Below are positions 19,372 through 29,723 of a stretch of 64,000 nucleotides of DNA, piece by piece (positions within the stretch are counted from its first letter, which is position 1; the number at the start of each line of letters is the position of its first letter). Source of the stretch: Trueperaceae bacterium (GTDB lineage Bacteria; Deinococcota; Deinococci; Deinococcales; Trueperaceae). A program made the translations under genes and the position numbers. The stretch covers positions 2,176,001 to 2,240,000 of the forward strand of contig OZ243956.1 in the NCBI GenBank assembly GCA_965214405.1, written 5' to 3'. Under the pieces are notes generated by a model, which was not told the origin of the DNA, did no database searches, and saw only the letters and a list, made by a program, of their open reading frames with translations.

Positions 19372-21372
19372 ATGAACAGAAACAGAAGTCAACAACATTA
19401 CCAGGGTCAACCTCAACAGGGTCAACCAGGCCAACAGGGCTTCGCGCTTATTACCGCTCTACTCATGGTGGTGGTGCTGGGCGCGATGGCGACCGCGTAC
19501 TTTTTTCTTACCCAAATTGAGGTGGCGACCACGGCGTCCTCGGCCAAAAGCACCACGGGCTTTTACGCCGCCGAAGCGGGGCTTAACCTGCGGGGCAACC
19601 TAATCGAGAAGAAGTTCAAAGGCTATAACCAGCCGGAGGGTAATAGCCCCGAAGAAGCCACATCCACTGCTTGCGCCGTTGCCACTCAGGATTTTAAGTG
19701 CGTGTCTTATCAGCTTGACGGTCGCACCGTCAATACCTACGCCATCAAAAAAAATAACGGCAACGCCACCATCATAGACTCGATTCCTGACGGTGACTAT
19801 GCCGGGCTGAGCGCCCAAGAGTACCGCTATGAGGTTGTTTCAGAGGCCAAGAACGCGCAGGGTGACACGGAAGCGCAGCTCAGCATGGTGTTTCGCAGCC
19901 GCTTGGTACCCATGTTCCAGTTTGCCGCCTTTTTTCAAGACGATCTGGAGGTCGGTCCGGGGCCGGAAATGAATTTGAGCGGTCGCTTACACAGCAACAA
20001 AGATATCTACTTTGCGCCGCAGGAAAAACTAAAGGTTGACGGTAACGTTACCGCCGGTAACAAGATATATAACGGTCGCGCGAACGGTGACAGAGAACAA
20101 AAGGACAATTCTTGTATAGGCGAAATCAATATCAAAAAGGCTGACGGAACGAACTACAAAAATCTTGACCAGGCTCAACAGTCGTGCAAACCTCTGGGGT
20201 TTACGGACGCTCAACTAGCCGAGTGGGGCGGGACGGTGCAGCAAAGCGTCGGCAGCATCACCATTCCCGATCCAGGCGTGCTCGACCCGGACACCAGCTC
20301 CGACCCCGAAAAGGGCACCTACTGGAAAAAGGCCGACCTGCGCGTCGTGCTCAAGCTAGACGCCGACGGCAAAGAAAAGGGCATCGAGATTCAGGACATG
20401 GAAGGGAATAAAAACGCTGTACAGACCGCGCTCTTCGAGGGCTGCAACGGCGTTCTTGGGGGTAAGGAAAACGGTAATAACAAGGGTAAGGTTTTAGACA
20501 CCTCGGACACGTTTTACAACAACCGTGAAAAGAAAAACATCAAGATGCTCGAGGTGGACATGGGGGGGCTGCTCGAGTGCTTTGATCAGGGAAAAACCAA
20601 GGGTCTACCCTCTCTAAACGACAGCACCGACGGCGGCTTGGTTTTTCACTTTAGCGTTGACGGTCCCCAAAAGGGCGGCGTGAATAACTACGGCGTGCGT
20701 ATCAGAAACGGCAAAGAACTGGCCGTCAAAGACGCCCCTCCCGTCAAAGGCTTGACGGTTGTGACCAACCAGGCCCTCTACGTTCAGGGTGACTACAACA
20801 GCAAAAACAAAAAGCCCGCCTCATTTTTGTCCGACTCGATCAACGTGCTTTCCAGCAGTTGGTGCGACGTCGAAGACGGTGAGGGCAACTGCAACTCCAA
20901 AGTCACCTCCAAAGACGAGGTAAAGAAGAATGAAAAGAAGTGTGAGGACGCCAAAAAGAACAACAAAAAAGACAAAGACTGCCTCAGAGATGCAGACAGC
21001 AAAGGTAAATATGGCCGCGTAGTCGATGACCGCAAGGCGAGCGACACCGAAATCAACGCCGCCATGCTCGCTGGGGTTGACAAAACCGGAGCGCCCGGTA
21101 AAGAAGGTAACGGCGGCCTGCATAACTTCCCGCGGATGCACGAACATTGGAGGGGTAAAACGCTCAAAATCCGCGGCTCTTTCGTGAGTTTGGGCTCGCC
21201 CAAACACGTGAACGGCAAATGGTCTACGACGGACCAGTACGCCCCGCCCAACCGTAACTGGGACTACGACACCGACTTTAATGATGCCGGAAAGCTGCCC
21301 CCCCTGAGCCCGCGCTTCGTGTACCTGGTGCAAGAACTCTTCTTGCGAGACTTTAGAGACGGTTCCAACTAA
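19372..21372 (+). CDS. Large PilX/ComZ-like tip pilin
   Basis: QG|FALITAL without Glu5, FYAAEAGL PilX-N motif, large soluble domain. Confidence 0.8.
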   Translation: MNRNRSQQHYQGQPQQGQPGQQGFALITALLMVVVLGAMATAYFFLTQIEVATTASSAKSTTGFYAAEAGLNLRGNLIEKKFKGYNQPEGNSPEEATSTACAVATQDFKCVSYQLDGRTVNTYAIKKNNGNATIIDSIPDGDYAGLSAQEYRYEVVSEAKNAQGDTEAQLSMVFRSRLVPMFQFAAFFQDDLEVGPGPEMNLSGRLHSNKDIYFAPQEKLKVDGNVTAGNKIYNGRANGDREQKDNSCIGEINIKKADGTNYKNLDQAQQSCKPLGFTDAQLAEWGGTVQQSVGSITIPDPGVLDPDTSSDPEKGTYWKKADLRVVLKLDADGKEKGIEIQDMEGNKNAVQTALFEGCNGVLGGKENGNNKGKVLDTSDTFYNNREKKNIKMLEVDMGGLLECFDQGKTKGLPSLNDSTDGGLVFHFSVDGPQKGGVNNYGVRIRNGKELAVKDAPPVKGLTVVTNQALYVQGDYNSKNKKPASFLSDSINVLSSSWCDVEDGEGNCNSKVTSKDEVKKNEKKCEDAKKNNKKDKDCLRDADSKGKYGRVVDDRKASDTEINAAMLAGVDKTGAPGKEGNGGLHNFPRMHEHWRGKTLKIRGSFVSLGSPKHVNGKWSTTDQYAPPNRNWDYDTDFNDAGKLPPLSPRFVYLVQELFLRDFRDGSN

Positions 21373-21400
21373 CCCTGCTTATACGACTAAGCCTTCTTTT

Positions 21401-21430
21401 CGTGAGTCCGGTACGCCGGACTCACGCTTT
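21401..21430. terminator. Hairpin between convergent pilin and glycosylation operons
   Basis: CGTGAGTCCGG-TACG-CCGGACTCACG. Confidence 0.75.
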
Positions 21431-21436
21431 ATAGGC

Positions 21437-22423
21437 TTAGCGGCCCTCTAGCTCCGCCCCCACAGGCCGCGCACTACCCCGCCGCAAATACGCCATCACC
21501 TGCCACGCCACCGCAGGAAACGAGAGCAGCGACAAGAGCCAGTAGGCGAAAAGCGTGTAGCCAATCCCTACCAGCGTCGCCTGCGCTTGCGACATTTGCG
21601 AACCCAAGAGCGCCACAAACGCGGCGTCGCGCGTGCCGATACCGCTGACGGTCACGGGCACGAGGCCCGCGAGGATGGCGAGCGGAAAGATGGCGTAGGC
21701 GAAGCCCAGCCCCAGACCCGTGCCGAACGCTTGCGCGAGGGCAAATACGGTCAAGCCACCCAACGACCAGGTCAGGATAGACCCTGTGAGCGTTTGCGCG
21801 ACGGCGGCGGGCATCTTGACCCAGGCACGAAACACGTCGCGCAGGCTCACGAGAATCCGGGTAATTTTTTTGGGCAGGGGCAGCTTGTGAAGGGGAAAAA
21901 ATAGGACGACCACAAAAACGACCAGTACCCCGCCCAAAAGCGCGCCCCCGGCGACGAGACCCCAGAGCGTGCCGTTGACCAGGAGGCCCAAAAGTCCGAG
22001 CGCGCCCAAAACGCCCAAGTCTACGAGGCGCTCTAAAATCACCGTCCCCGTTCCCTTGGCGAGACCGCCGTGCTTGCGCAAATAGGTCGCCTTGGCGATG
22101 TCGCCCGTTTTGGAAGGCAAGAAGCTGTTGAGCACGTTCGCCATCATCACCGCGCGCAGGGCTATTCCGAAGGGCAGCCGGATATGCTGCGCTTTTAGAA
22201 CGCCCAGCCAGCGGAACACGCTTGTGAAAGGCAGCGCGAGGGTCAAGAGGGTTGCCAGAACGAGCCAGCCCCAGTTGGCTTGGGCCAAGAGCTCGAGCGT
22301 ATGTTCCATATCAATCCGCGAGAGCAGCCAGTAGATAAGCCCCGCCGAGACGAGCACGCTCAGTACGCCCAGCGCAGCGCGTTTCGGATTACCCACCGGC
22401 CTGACCCCCACGGGTTGGATCAT
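21437..22423 (-). CDS. Lysylphosphatidylglycerol-synthase TM domain / UPF0104 flippase-like protein
   Basis: RW..L, NSFLPSKTGD.AK, ERLVD, PVTVSGIGTRD motifs; start at ATG 22423. Confidence 0.82.
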   Translation of the reverse strand: MIQPVGVRPVGNPKRAALGVLSVLVSAGLIYWLLSRIDMEHTLELLAQANWGWLVLATLLTLALPFTSVFRWLGVLKAQHIRLPFGIALRAVMMANVLNSFLPSKTGDIAKATYLRKHGGLAKGTGTVILERLVDLGVLGALGLLGLLVNGTLWGLVAGGALLGGVLVVFVVVLFFPLHKLPLPKKITRILVSLRDVFRAWVKMPAAVAQTLTGSILTWSLGGLTVFALAQAFGTGLGLGFAYAIFPLAILAGLVPVTVSGIGTRDAAFVALLGSQMSQAQATLVGIGYTLFAYWLLSLLSFPAVAWQVMAYLRRGSARPVGAELEGR

Positions 22424-23132
22424 GAAGCCCGTTAATGTAGCGGGCAAAAAACACGCCGATGCCAGCGGCAAAGGCGAGAGATAGAGCGGCGTTCATTTCT
22501 AAAACCTCCTCCAGTAACACCCATTTACGGGGAACATACCCCCGGCTGTCGACAAAAAGAGCGACCACGGCCAAACCTGCGGCCAACGCGACGTAGAGCC
22601 AAACCGAGCGCGGTTCCGACACCGCCTGGCTGATAGCAGGTAGTCTGCGGCGCAAGAGCAAAGCCGCCACACCCGTTACCAAGAGAGCGCTGAATAAAAA
22701 TCCGGCGTACCAGGGTACGCCCAGTGCTTCAAATCCTTTGACCACGATGCGACCGGAGTCGTGGAGCGCGTCGAACGTCATGCCGCTGGGCAGCGTCGGG
22801 AAAACGAGGCCGGGGAAAAGCCTCTGGCCGTAGCTTATTTCCTCCAGAACCCCGAGGGTACAAAGTGCGATCAAGACCTTTATTCCCCTGAAGCGGTGCG
22901 AACGGCTAGCGAGGGCAAATACCGATATGGCGACGCCCAACAAGTAAAAAGCGATGCTGAGGTTTTCTATCACACCGTCCTCGATGACGAGCTGGGGCCT
23001 AAGCTCGGGAAAAAACGCGTAAGCCGCTCCGCAGAGGCCGAAACTGAGCATGAGAAGCGCCATGTAGAGCGCGAGCGGTCCCCAACTTAGGTACAATACC
23101 GGTTCACGTTGAGTGGGGCGTGTTGAGTTCAA
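22389..23132 (-). CDS. Polytopic membrane protein of unknown function
   Basis: About 6-7 TM; EDG.IEN, EEISYGQR and EE.LE acidic motifs. Confidence 0.7.
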   Translation of the reverse strand: MNSTRPTQREPVLYLSWGPLALYMALLMLSFGLCGAAYAFFPELRPQLVIEDGVIENLSIAFYLLGVAISVFALASRSHRFRGIKVLIALCTLGVLEEISYGQRLFPGLVFPTLPSGMTFDALHDSGRIVVKGFEALGVPWYAGFLFSALLVTGVAALLLRRRLPAISQAVSEPRSVWLYVALAAGLAVVALFVDSRGYVPRKWVLLEEVLEMNAALSLAFAAGIGVFFARYINGLHDPTRGGQAGG

Positions 23133-23204
23133 AGCAAAACCTCGTTTCTTGTTTCATGACGTTGCCCTGACCCAACACGCGTAAGCTCTCCAAAAGGTTA
23201 CATA

Positions 23205-25115
23205 TTAAGAAGCCTCACTCTGAGACGCCACATCTCGAGAGGCCGCATAGGTAGGAGCCACAGAAGTGCTCTTGCGGGCGGTGTTCTCACTGGTTTCGCC
23301 GGGTTTTCTGTCCGTGTTTTCGCCGATCTTCCCGTTGAGGTGAACCGCCCGCTCGAGCACAAACTGCCGGGTCTCATTGAGTGTAGCGATTTGCTCACAC
23401 GTGAGCGTGACACCCGACACACCCAATTCTTGGCTCTGAAAATAGCGCGACTGCGGCACGTAACGCACGAAAAACTCGTCACCAATCGCCAACGCGTCAA
23501 CCTTGGTATCGCCCTCTAAGCGCACCTCATCTTCAACGGTAACGATATCTCCCTCAAAATTCACGCGCCTGCGGAAGGTGAGCGGCGCGGGGCGCTGACC
23601 CAACATCAGGGTTTTGCGAATTTGCCCCTTGAGCAGGTGCGAGAGCCGGGGCGACCAGCCTGTGAGCAGGAGCACGCCGCGAAAGGCTAAATTTTTGGTG
23701 AGGTTAAAAACTTTGTGCGAGGGCACCCATTGGCAGTTGCCGGAGACCTCGAGCCCCCCCTCATCCTGCGTTACCCTAAAGCTCGGGTCAATCCACTGGC
23801 TCGTGAACGTTTTACCACCCGCTTCGCCGATAAGCCCGCAGTCGTTAAAGATGAGTTCACCGTCCTGCGCCTTGTCAAACACCTTGAGCACGCCTCCCTT
23901 GGCGAGGTTGGCGATGGCGTAGTAGGCGGGTTCGTTCTTGACGTAAACCCTGGCACCAGGAAAAAACTCGGTGTAAGGCTCCCGCTGAAACGGAAGCTTG
24001 GGCAGCGGGTCGGGGCGCGGTGTGTAGTCCAGGTAAGCGAGCAAAAATTCGGGCACCCGGTAAACGAGGTAACGGTCCGAGATAATCTCGGGCGGCACGA
24101 GTTTATCGTCGGCGAGGCCCTCGAGGAGGTGCTCGGCGATCGCGCCCGCTAAAGGCACCTCGTCGGCCATGACTTCAAAACCGTGACAGTAGAAGTGAAG
24201 CGTGTTGCGGCTGCCCATGCTCCCGGCATAAAAGCCGTTGGGATAGGCGAAGGGGGCGCACATCTCGATAGACGCGCGAATCACTTTTAAGATTCTCGGG
24301 TCGGGGTTGGTCTGGTAGATTTTGGCGAAAAAAGACACCGTCGCCGACAGGTAACCGGGGTCGATGCCGTCGTACTCGACCGACCAACCCTCGTCGGTTT
24401 GGTAGGTCAGAAAGTCGCGGAACACCTTTTCAAAACCCTCTTTAAGCGCCGCGTCCCCCAACAGCTCGTAAGACTTCCACACCGCCAAACAGGCCATCGC
24501 GTGGTGGTTCGCTAAGTGATCCTCTTCGGACTCGCCCGCCGCGATAAAGTGCGCCGCCTTGCGCACCGCCTCGGTGACCCGCGTTCGCACGCCTTCCGGC
24601 ACCTCGTCGCCGAGCAAATTGAGCGCTTCGATGATGGTGTAGCTCGTAAAGGCGGTGGGACCCACCCAGCCGCGCTCGTAGGGGTAGAACTCGTCAAACG
24701 AGCCGTCGCTGTGCTGGATGGACGCCCAAAAATCGAGCGCCGCCACCGTCCAGTCGCGCACTTTCGGGGATTGGTAGTAGATGTTGCCCGGCATCTCATA
24801 GGTGTACACGAGCGCGAGCGCGTGGACCGCGAACTGACGCACCGCGTCGGGAAAGTCCGACGTTTTGTCCAACCAGTAGTCGCGGTGTAAACAGCCGTAG
24901 GTCGGCGAGGAGGGGGTGCGGTCTTGGTTGCTGAGGATTCTGGGAACCTGGCTCAGCGCCTTTTGCGCGTATACGTCTCTTAGATTTTTAGCGTCTTCAC
25001 CCGCTTTCCCACGCGCTTTGAACGCATTTTGGGAATCTTTCGAACCATTTTTGGGGCTGTTTTTCACGCCTGTGTCTTTGACTGCTGCGTCTTTTACTGC
25101 TGCATCTGTCTTCAT
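23205..25115 (-). CDS. Uncharacterised glycosylation-locus protein, predicted helical toroid plus beta domain
   Basis: 636 aa; Q..DGSFDE.YP.E, ANHHA, Q..EGW..EY.G.DPGY; ATGA-coupled to the GT2 gene. Confidence 0.7.
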   Translation of the reverse strand: MKTDAAVKDAAVKDTGVKNSPKNGSKDSQNAFKARGKAGEDAKNLRDVYAQKALSQVPRILSNQDRTPSSPTYGCLHRDYWLDKTSDFPDAVRQFAVHALALVYTYEMPGNIYYQSPKVRDWTVAALDFWASIQHSDGSFDEFYPYERGWVGPTAFTSYTIIEALNLLGDEVPEGVRTRVTEAVRKAAHFIAAGESEEDHLANHHAMACLAVWKSYELLGDAALKEGFEKVFRDFLTYQTDEGWSVEYDGIDPGYLSATVSFFAKIYQTNPDPRILKVIRASIEMCAPFAYPNGFYAGSMGSRNTLHFYCHGFEVMADEVPLAGAIAEHLLEGLADDKLVPPEIISDRYLVYRVPEFLLAYLDYTPRPDPLPKLPFQREPYTEFFPGARVYVKNEPAYYAIANLAKGGVLKVFDKAQDGELIFNDCGLIGEAGGKTFTSQWIDPSFRVTQDEGGLEVSGNCQWVPSHKVFNLTKNLAFRGVLLLTGWSPRLSHLLKGQIRKTLMLGQRPAPLTFRRRVNFEGDIVTVEDEVRLEGDTKVDALAIGDEFFVRYVPQSRYFQSQELGVSGVTLTCEQIATLNETRQFVLERAVHLNGKIGENTDRKPGETSENTARKSTSVAPTYAASRDVASQSEAS

Positions 25116-26032
25116 TCGGGCTCCCTGTATCTGGCTTGAGTCTTGTCGATAAGGTCGGCCAACATCCCTGTGGTAAGCACCTGAATCGCCGAAACAAACA
25201 GGATGATGCTCAGCACGAGCAGCCCTTCGCCGCTGATAAGCCGGTATACGAGCATAATCAGGGCGAGCAAAAAGAGCGTCAGGCTGATGGGGATAAAGAC
25301 GCGCAAGGGGTTGAAATACATCACGGTGCGCACCACAAGTTGCGTAAAGCGGATGGTGTCTTTGATGGGGTTGATTTTTGACGAGCCCGCGCGGTGGAAG
25401 TAGTCAATCGGCACGTACTTGACCCGGTAGCCGTCCGAGAGCATGGCGAGCGTGATGGTGGTGGTAAACGAGAAGCTGTCGGGCAAGATGTGCATAAACT
25501 TTTCGACGACCTTTTTACGCATCACCCGCATTCCTGAGTTGAGGTCGGGGATTTTGGTTTGGGACAGACTGTTGGCGAGCTCGTTAAGCGCGCGTTTGGC
25601 GGGTTTTCTGATGGCGGGGATGTTGACGTTTTGCCCCGTGCGCGCGCCGACCAACATGTCGTTGTCGCCTAAGAGGTCGATAAGTTCGGGTAGCCGTTCG
25701 TTGGGGTAGGTGCCATCGGCGTCGGTAATCGCCATAAGGTCGTAGCGGGCGTTTTTGAGCCCCGTTTTGAGCGCCGCGCCGTAGCCGCGGTTGACCGCGT
25801 GCGCCACCTTTTTAACGTTGGGTAGGGAGATAGTTTGGATGATGTCGCTCGAGCCGTCCGTTGAGCCGTCATCGACCAAAATGATCTCAAAGGTGTGTTC
25901 TGAACGTTCCATCGTGGCGCAAAGGTCGCGCACGGTCTCCTCGACGGCACCTCTCTCGTTGTAAACCGGAATGACAATAGAGATTTCACTGCCCACACGC
26001 GCCTCCAACCTTTTACGCTTAGTGACAATCAA
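25112..26032 (-). CDS. GT2 polyprenyl-phosphate glycosyltransferase (DPM/GtrB-like)
   Basis: IVIPVYNE, VDDGSTD, NRGYGAA, TDADG, DLNSGMR and two C-terminal TM helices; start uncertain. Confidence 0.88.
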   Translation of the reverse strand: MIVTKRKRLEARVGSEISIVIPVYNERGAVEETVRDLCATMERSEHTFEIILVDDGSTDGSSDIIQTISLPNVKKVAHAVNRGYGAALKTGLKNARYDLMAITDADGTYPNERLPELIDLLGDNDMLVGARTGQNVNIPAIRKPAKRALNELANSLSQTKIPDLNSGMRVMRKKVVEKFMHILPDSFSFTTTITLAMLSDGYRVKYVPIDYFHRAGSSKINPIKDTIRFTQLVVRTVMYFNPLRVFIPISLTLFLLALIMLVYRLISGEGLLVLSIILFVSAIQVLTTGMLADLIDKTQARYREPE

Positions 26033-26577
26033 CCAGTGTTTACGGGCGCCAGCCCCCGCTACACTTTAACGCCCGCGCGAGTTCGCGTAGCGACGGGCAG
26101 AATAACCGCTGGCGAGTATACCGTGTGCAGAAGCTCACAGCGTCAGGTTTGTCACTTGTATAGCCCCAGGCGGGAAGCGGTCTCGGCCCTCGAGCGTGAG
26201 CCCAGAGTGAACATAACAAGCCTCTACATGAATGGTTTGAGGAGAAAGCTCGTGCGGGCGAACCCCCACATCCCACCTTGGCCCTGCAAGCCAACCTGTG
26301 TCATTCGCATGAGTAGAAGATGTGACGAACGAGTGACAGCGATCCTCTTCACATGCTAACCTTAACTCACCTCGAGGGGGACACGCCGCAGGTGGGGAGT
26401 GCTCGAGAGAACGGCAGCCTTATCTCGTAAGGCCTGCGACCAATCGCTCATTCTGACGTTCTGAAGCTGTAAGGAGCCTTGTGACCCTTGCTGCTCACGC
26501 AGGTGCGTTGGCGTATTTCCCCCTCAAAACTAAACCCGCTGTAGAGTCTTGCTGTAGAGTAAGGATGGTATCCAAAG

Positions 26578-28047
26578 ATGCTCGAGCCCGACACGCTTTC
26601 GCAACCACGTTCAAAATTCATGAGGTTGTTTAGAGACCGTTTTCCGCTCACAACGTTTGCGTGGATTCTGCTCGCCCTGTCCGTTACGCTCCTCTTTATG
26701 GGTTCGCTCAACCGATTTTTCGACCACGATGAGTTCGAGGCCATGCACACCTCCTGGTATATCTTCCAGGGCGAGAAAATTTACGAAGACTTTATCCAGC
26801 ATCATTTCCCGCTTTTGCACTACCTTTTGCTGCCGCTCTACACGATCTTCGGGAGCACGACGGAAACGATTATCGCGGCCAGGGTGGTGATGTTCTTTAA
26901 CGTTTTGGGGATGTTGACTGCCACTTACCTGATTGCTCTGGAGGTCTACCGCAAACACCTCGTCGCCGTAGTGGGCACGCTCTTTCTCACGCTCATTACG
27001 CTTTTCACCGCCAAAGCCATCGAGATTCGCCCCGACACGCCGCAAAGTTTATTCGTGCTGGTGGGCACCTATCTGGTGCTGCGCGCCTTTCGCACCCGCT
27101 CGCGCTGGAGTTTCATCCTGGGCGGCGTGTGCTTCGGCGTCGCGTTTTTGTTCCTGCAAAAGGCCATCATCTTTTTGGGGCTCATCGGCCTTGTGATGTT
27201 GGCGCGCGTGTGGAGCCGTGAGCTAAAGCTTCAAGAGGTGGTGATATTCTCGGCGGCGGCGGTTGCCACCGTGTCGCCCTTCGCGCTCTACTTTTTCGCC
27301 ACCAAAACGTTGGACACCTTTATCTTTTGGAACTTTACCTACAACTCGTTTTACTACACCCTGCGCGGTTGGGAATATGAAAAGCTTTTGCGCAACCTTA
27401 GTATTCTCTACAGGCAAGACGGGCTCATCATCCTGCTTTTTATCGCAACGCTCTTTTTCCTGCCAAAGAAACGGCTCGAGTGGGAGATGATCTTCCTGGT
27501 TGCCGGGGTCGCCGGTTTCACGCTGCTGTCGGGTAGGCACAACCCGCAATACTACATGCTCGCCTTTCCTTTTGTCGCCGTTCTCGCCGCGAGGGGGCTC
27601 GCTACCGGCTTGGAACACCAGAGAGCCCTGGCCGCACTCGTGCTGATTTTCGCCCTTTTGGGTCCTTTTGAAGAGGCGGTGCCCCGCGTTATCACGCCCT
27701 CAAACGCGGGGCAACTCGCCAAAATCCAGTACGTCATGGACCTCACCGACCAGGACGACTACGTCTACGACGGCAACATCAGGTTTAACGTGTTCCGGCC
27801 CGACGTCGACTTTATCTGGTATATGGCGGGGCCACCCTACAAAGCGCGTGAAACTCTGGCAGCGCTGCTCGACTACCAATACAATATCTACGAGGCCATC
27901 GACCGTTATGAACCCAAGGTCATCTCCGACTTTGCCATCGAGGATATGGGTGACCCGCGTATCGCCAACCACTACGTCCGCTCGCCCGTTTATGACGACC
28001 TCTACATCCGCACGCCCGCGCAGGCAAGTGTCGAAAACAGTCAGTAA
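26578..28047 (+). CDS. GT-C fold glycosyltransferase (ArnT/PMT-like)
   Basis: DHDEFE first loop, Y.DF..HH.PL, RPD and QK motifs, many TM helices. Confidence 0.8.
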   Translation: MLEPDTLSQPRSKFMRLFRDRFPLTTFAWILLALSVTLLFMGSLNRFFDHDEFEAMHTSWYIFQGEKIYEDFIQHHFPLLHYLLLPLYTIFGSTTETIIAARVVMFFNVLGMLTATYLIALEVYRKHLVAVVGTLFLTLITLFTAKAIEIRPDTPQSLFVLVGTYLVLRAFRTRSRWSFILGGVCFGVAFLFLQKAIIFLGLIGLVMLARVWSRELKLQEVVIFSAAAVATVSPFALYFFATKTLDTFIFWNFTYNSFYYTLRGWEYEKLLRNLSILYRQDGLIILLFIATLFFLPKKRLEWEMIFLVAGVAGFTLLSGRHNPQYYMLAFPFVAVLAARGLATGLEHQRALAALVLIFALLGPFEEAVPRVITPSNAGQLAKIQYVMDLTDQDDYVYDGNIRFNVFRPDVDFIWYMAGPPYKARETLAALLDYQYNIYEAIDRYEPKVISDFAIEDMGDPRIANHYVRSPVYDDLYIRTPAQASVENSQ

Positions 28048-28067
28048 CGCTAACCAATACCAAGTGC

Positions 28068-28094
28068 CTTTTCAAACGCCGGGCGTTTGAAAAG
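28068..28094. terminator. Inverted repeat after the GT-C gene
   Basis: CTTTTCAAACGCC/GGCGTTTGAAAAG. Confidence 0.6.
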
Positions 28095-28235
28095 TGCGCG
28101 TGAGCGCATACCCTCAGACCCATTCAGTTCATGGTGCTTCAAGGGGCAAGTGGTATAAGGTTCAGTACACTTCTCACCCGCGCCTTAGCCCTCGTACGGT
28201 TTTTTAGCCCGTTATAGTAGACCTAAGGAGGCGGT

Positions 28236-28610
28236 ATGCCAGAAGACAAGGCACAACAGCAGGAGCAGGACGCGGCACCCGGTGCCGGTCACCGCGATCT
28301 CGACTACGGTCACGCTTTCGGTACGCAGCGCGACCGTAGTAGCGGGAACGAAACTGACTACGTCGAAGACTATAGCGAGAGCTGGATCGACGCCTTGCCG
28401 GACGCGGGGCTCGAGCGAGACGTCAGAGCGCGCCTGCTCGAGGTGCTTGGCGAGACTCTGAACGTGAACACCCTCGACATTACCGTTAAAGAGGGCGTAG
28501 TGACGTTGCGAGGAAGGGTGGAGGATGCGGGCGTCAGCAGCAAGGTGGAACGCGTTGTTAAAGAAGTAACGGGAGTGAAAACGGTTCACAACCGTTTGCA
28601 GACGCGCTAG
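28236..28610 (+). CDS. BON domain protein
   Basis: D..LE..VR..L, ITV.EGVVTLRG.V, GV..V.N.L; SD AAGGAGG. Confidence 0.85.
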   Translation: MPEDKAQQQEQDAAPGAGHRDLDYGHAFGTQRDRSSGNETDYVEDYSESWIDALPDAGLERDVRARLLEVLGETLNVNTLDITVKEGVVTLRGRVEDAGVSSKVERVVKEVTGVKTVHNRLQTR

Positions 28611-28804
28611 GTAGACTTTCTTGTGCTCCTCGCTTTTCGAAGCACCATAAGTTGGATAGGCCCGCGCGTCGCGGTACTTCGTGAGCGCGGGCATTTCTTA
28701 AGTGTAAAAGCGGCACCTGAAAAAGCGCTCGGTCTCACGCTCTAGACAACGTTTTTTGGGGCGAGGTAAAGCTTTCACCGCTCACTTTGTCCATGACGCA
28801 GAGC

Positions 28805-29662
28805 TTAACTTTTGTTAGCAGGCAGTACCAGCGGCGTGAGCTCGAGCACCGCAACTTCAGCCCGGCTCAAAAACCTGACAGGCATGATGCCGAAGCCCAA
28901 ACCCCGAGACACGAACGCGGTCACGGGGTCTTGAAACCACCCTTCAACAAAACGCCTGCCGTACCTCGAGGCCGTCATGACCGCGCCATATAGGGGCAGC
29001 TTGACCTGTCCGCCATGCGTGTGACCGCACAGGGTCAGGTCCACGTCTTTCGGAACCACGGGGAGCAGATCGGGGATGTGAATCATGAGGAGACAAGCCT
29101 GGTCGTTGGGTCGCTCGGCCAACGTTTGGGCCAAATCCGGTCGACCCCCCCACAAGTCGTCCGTTCCTGCCAAAAAGAGGTCGTCGCGTAAGCTTATCCC
29201 TTCATTGACGAGCAGAGTGACGCCTGAACGCTCTAAGCCCTCTTTCAAACCCTCGAGAAAAGCTTCCCCCAGATCGTAGTCGTGGTTGCCCAAAACGCCG
29301 TACACACCCAGCGGCGCTTCCAGACGCCGCAACTGCTCGAGCAAAGGCGCGACGTCTGTTGTTGTGTAGTCGATAAAATCACCCGTAAGGAGGATGAGAT
29401 CGGGACGCTCAGCGAGGGTGGCGTCCACCCACTGTTTAAGCGTACGCTCACCGACCCAGCGCCCGAAATGCAGGTCGCTCAAATGAGCGACTTTCAGGGG
29501 CGCTGTAAGGTGCGCGAGCGCTCTTTGGTGATGCGTTACAGCAAAGCGGTAGCTATCGGCGTATAGGCCCGTTCCTACCACCACCCCGGCAGCGGACGCG
29601 CCGCCAAATTTCAGACCGAGTCTTAGAAAACCTCGTCTCGAGAGAAGTGAAAAAGGTTTCAC
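28805..29662 (-). CDS. Metallophosphoesterase with Tat-like N-terminus (YkuE-like)
   Basis: SRRGFLR, SDLH, TGDF, GNHD, GHTHGGQ. Confidence 0.88.
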   Translation of the reverse strand: MKPFSLLSRRGFLRLGLKFGGASAAGVVVGTGLYADSYRFAVTHHQRALAHLTAPLKVAHLSDLHFGRWVGERTLKQWVDATLAERPDLILLTGDFIDYTTTDVAPLLEQLRRLEAPLGVYGVLGNHDYDLGEAFLEGLKEGLERSGVTLLVNEGISLRDDLFLAGTDDLWGGRPDLAQTLAERPNDQACLLMIHIPDLLPVVPKDVDLTLCGHTHGGQVKLPLYGAVMTASRYGRRFVEGWFQDPVTAFVSRGLGFGIMPVRFLSRAEVAVLELTPLVLPANKS

Positions 29663-29723
29663 AGGGCTGTTGCCTCCGGTGTCGTTTTCGCCAGCCGGAT
29701 TAGCGCCGGTTTATGATGCACCC

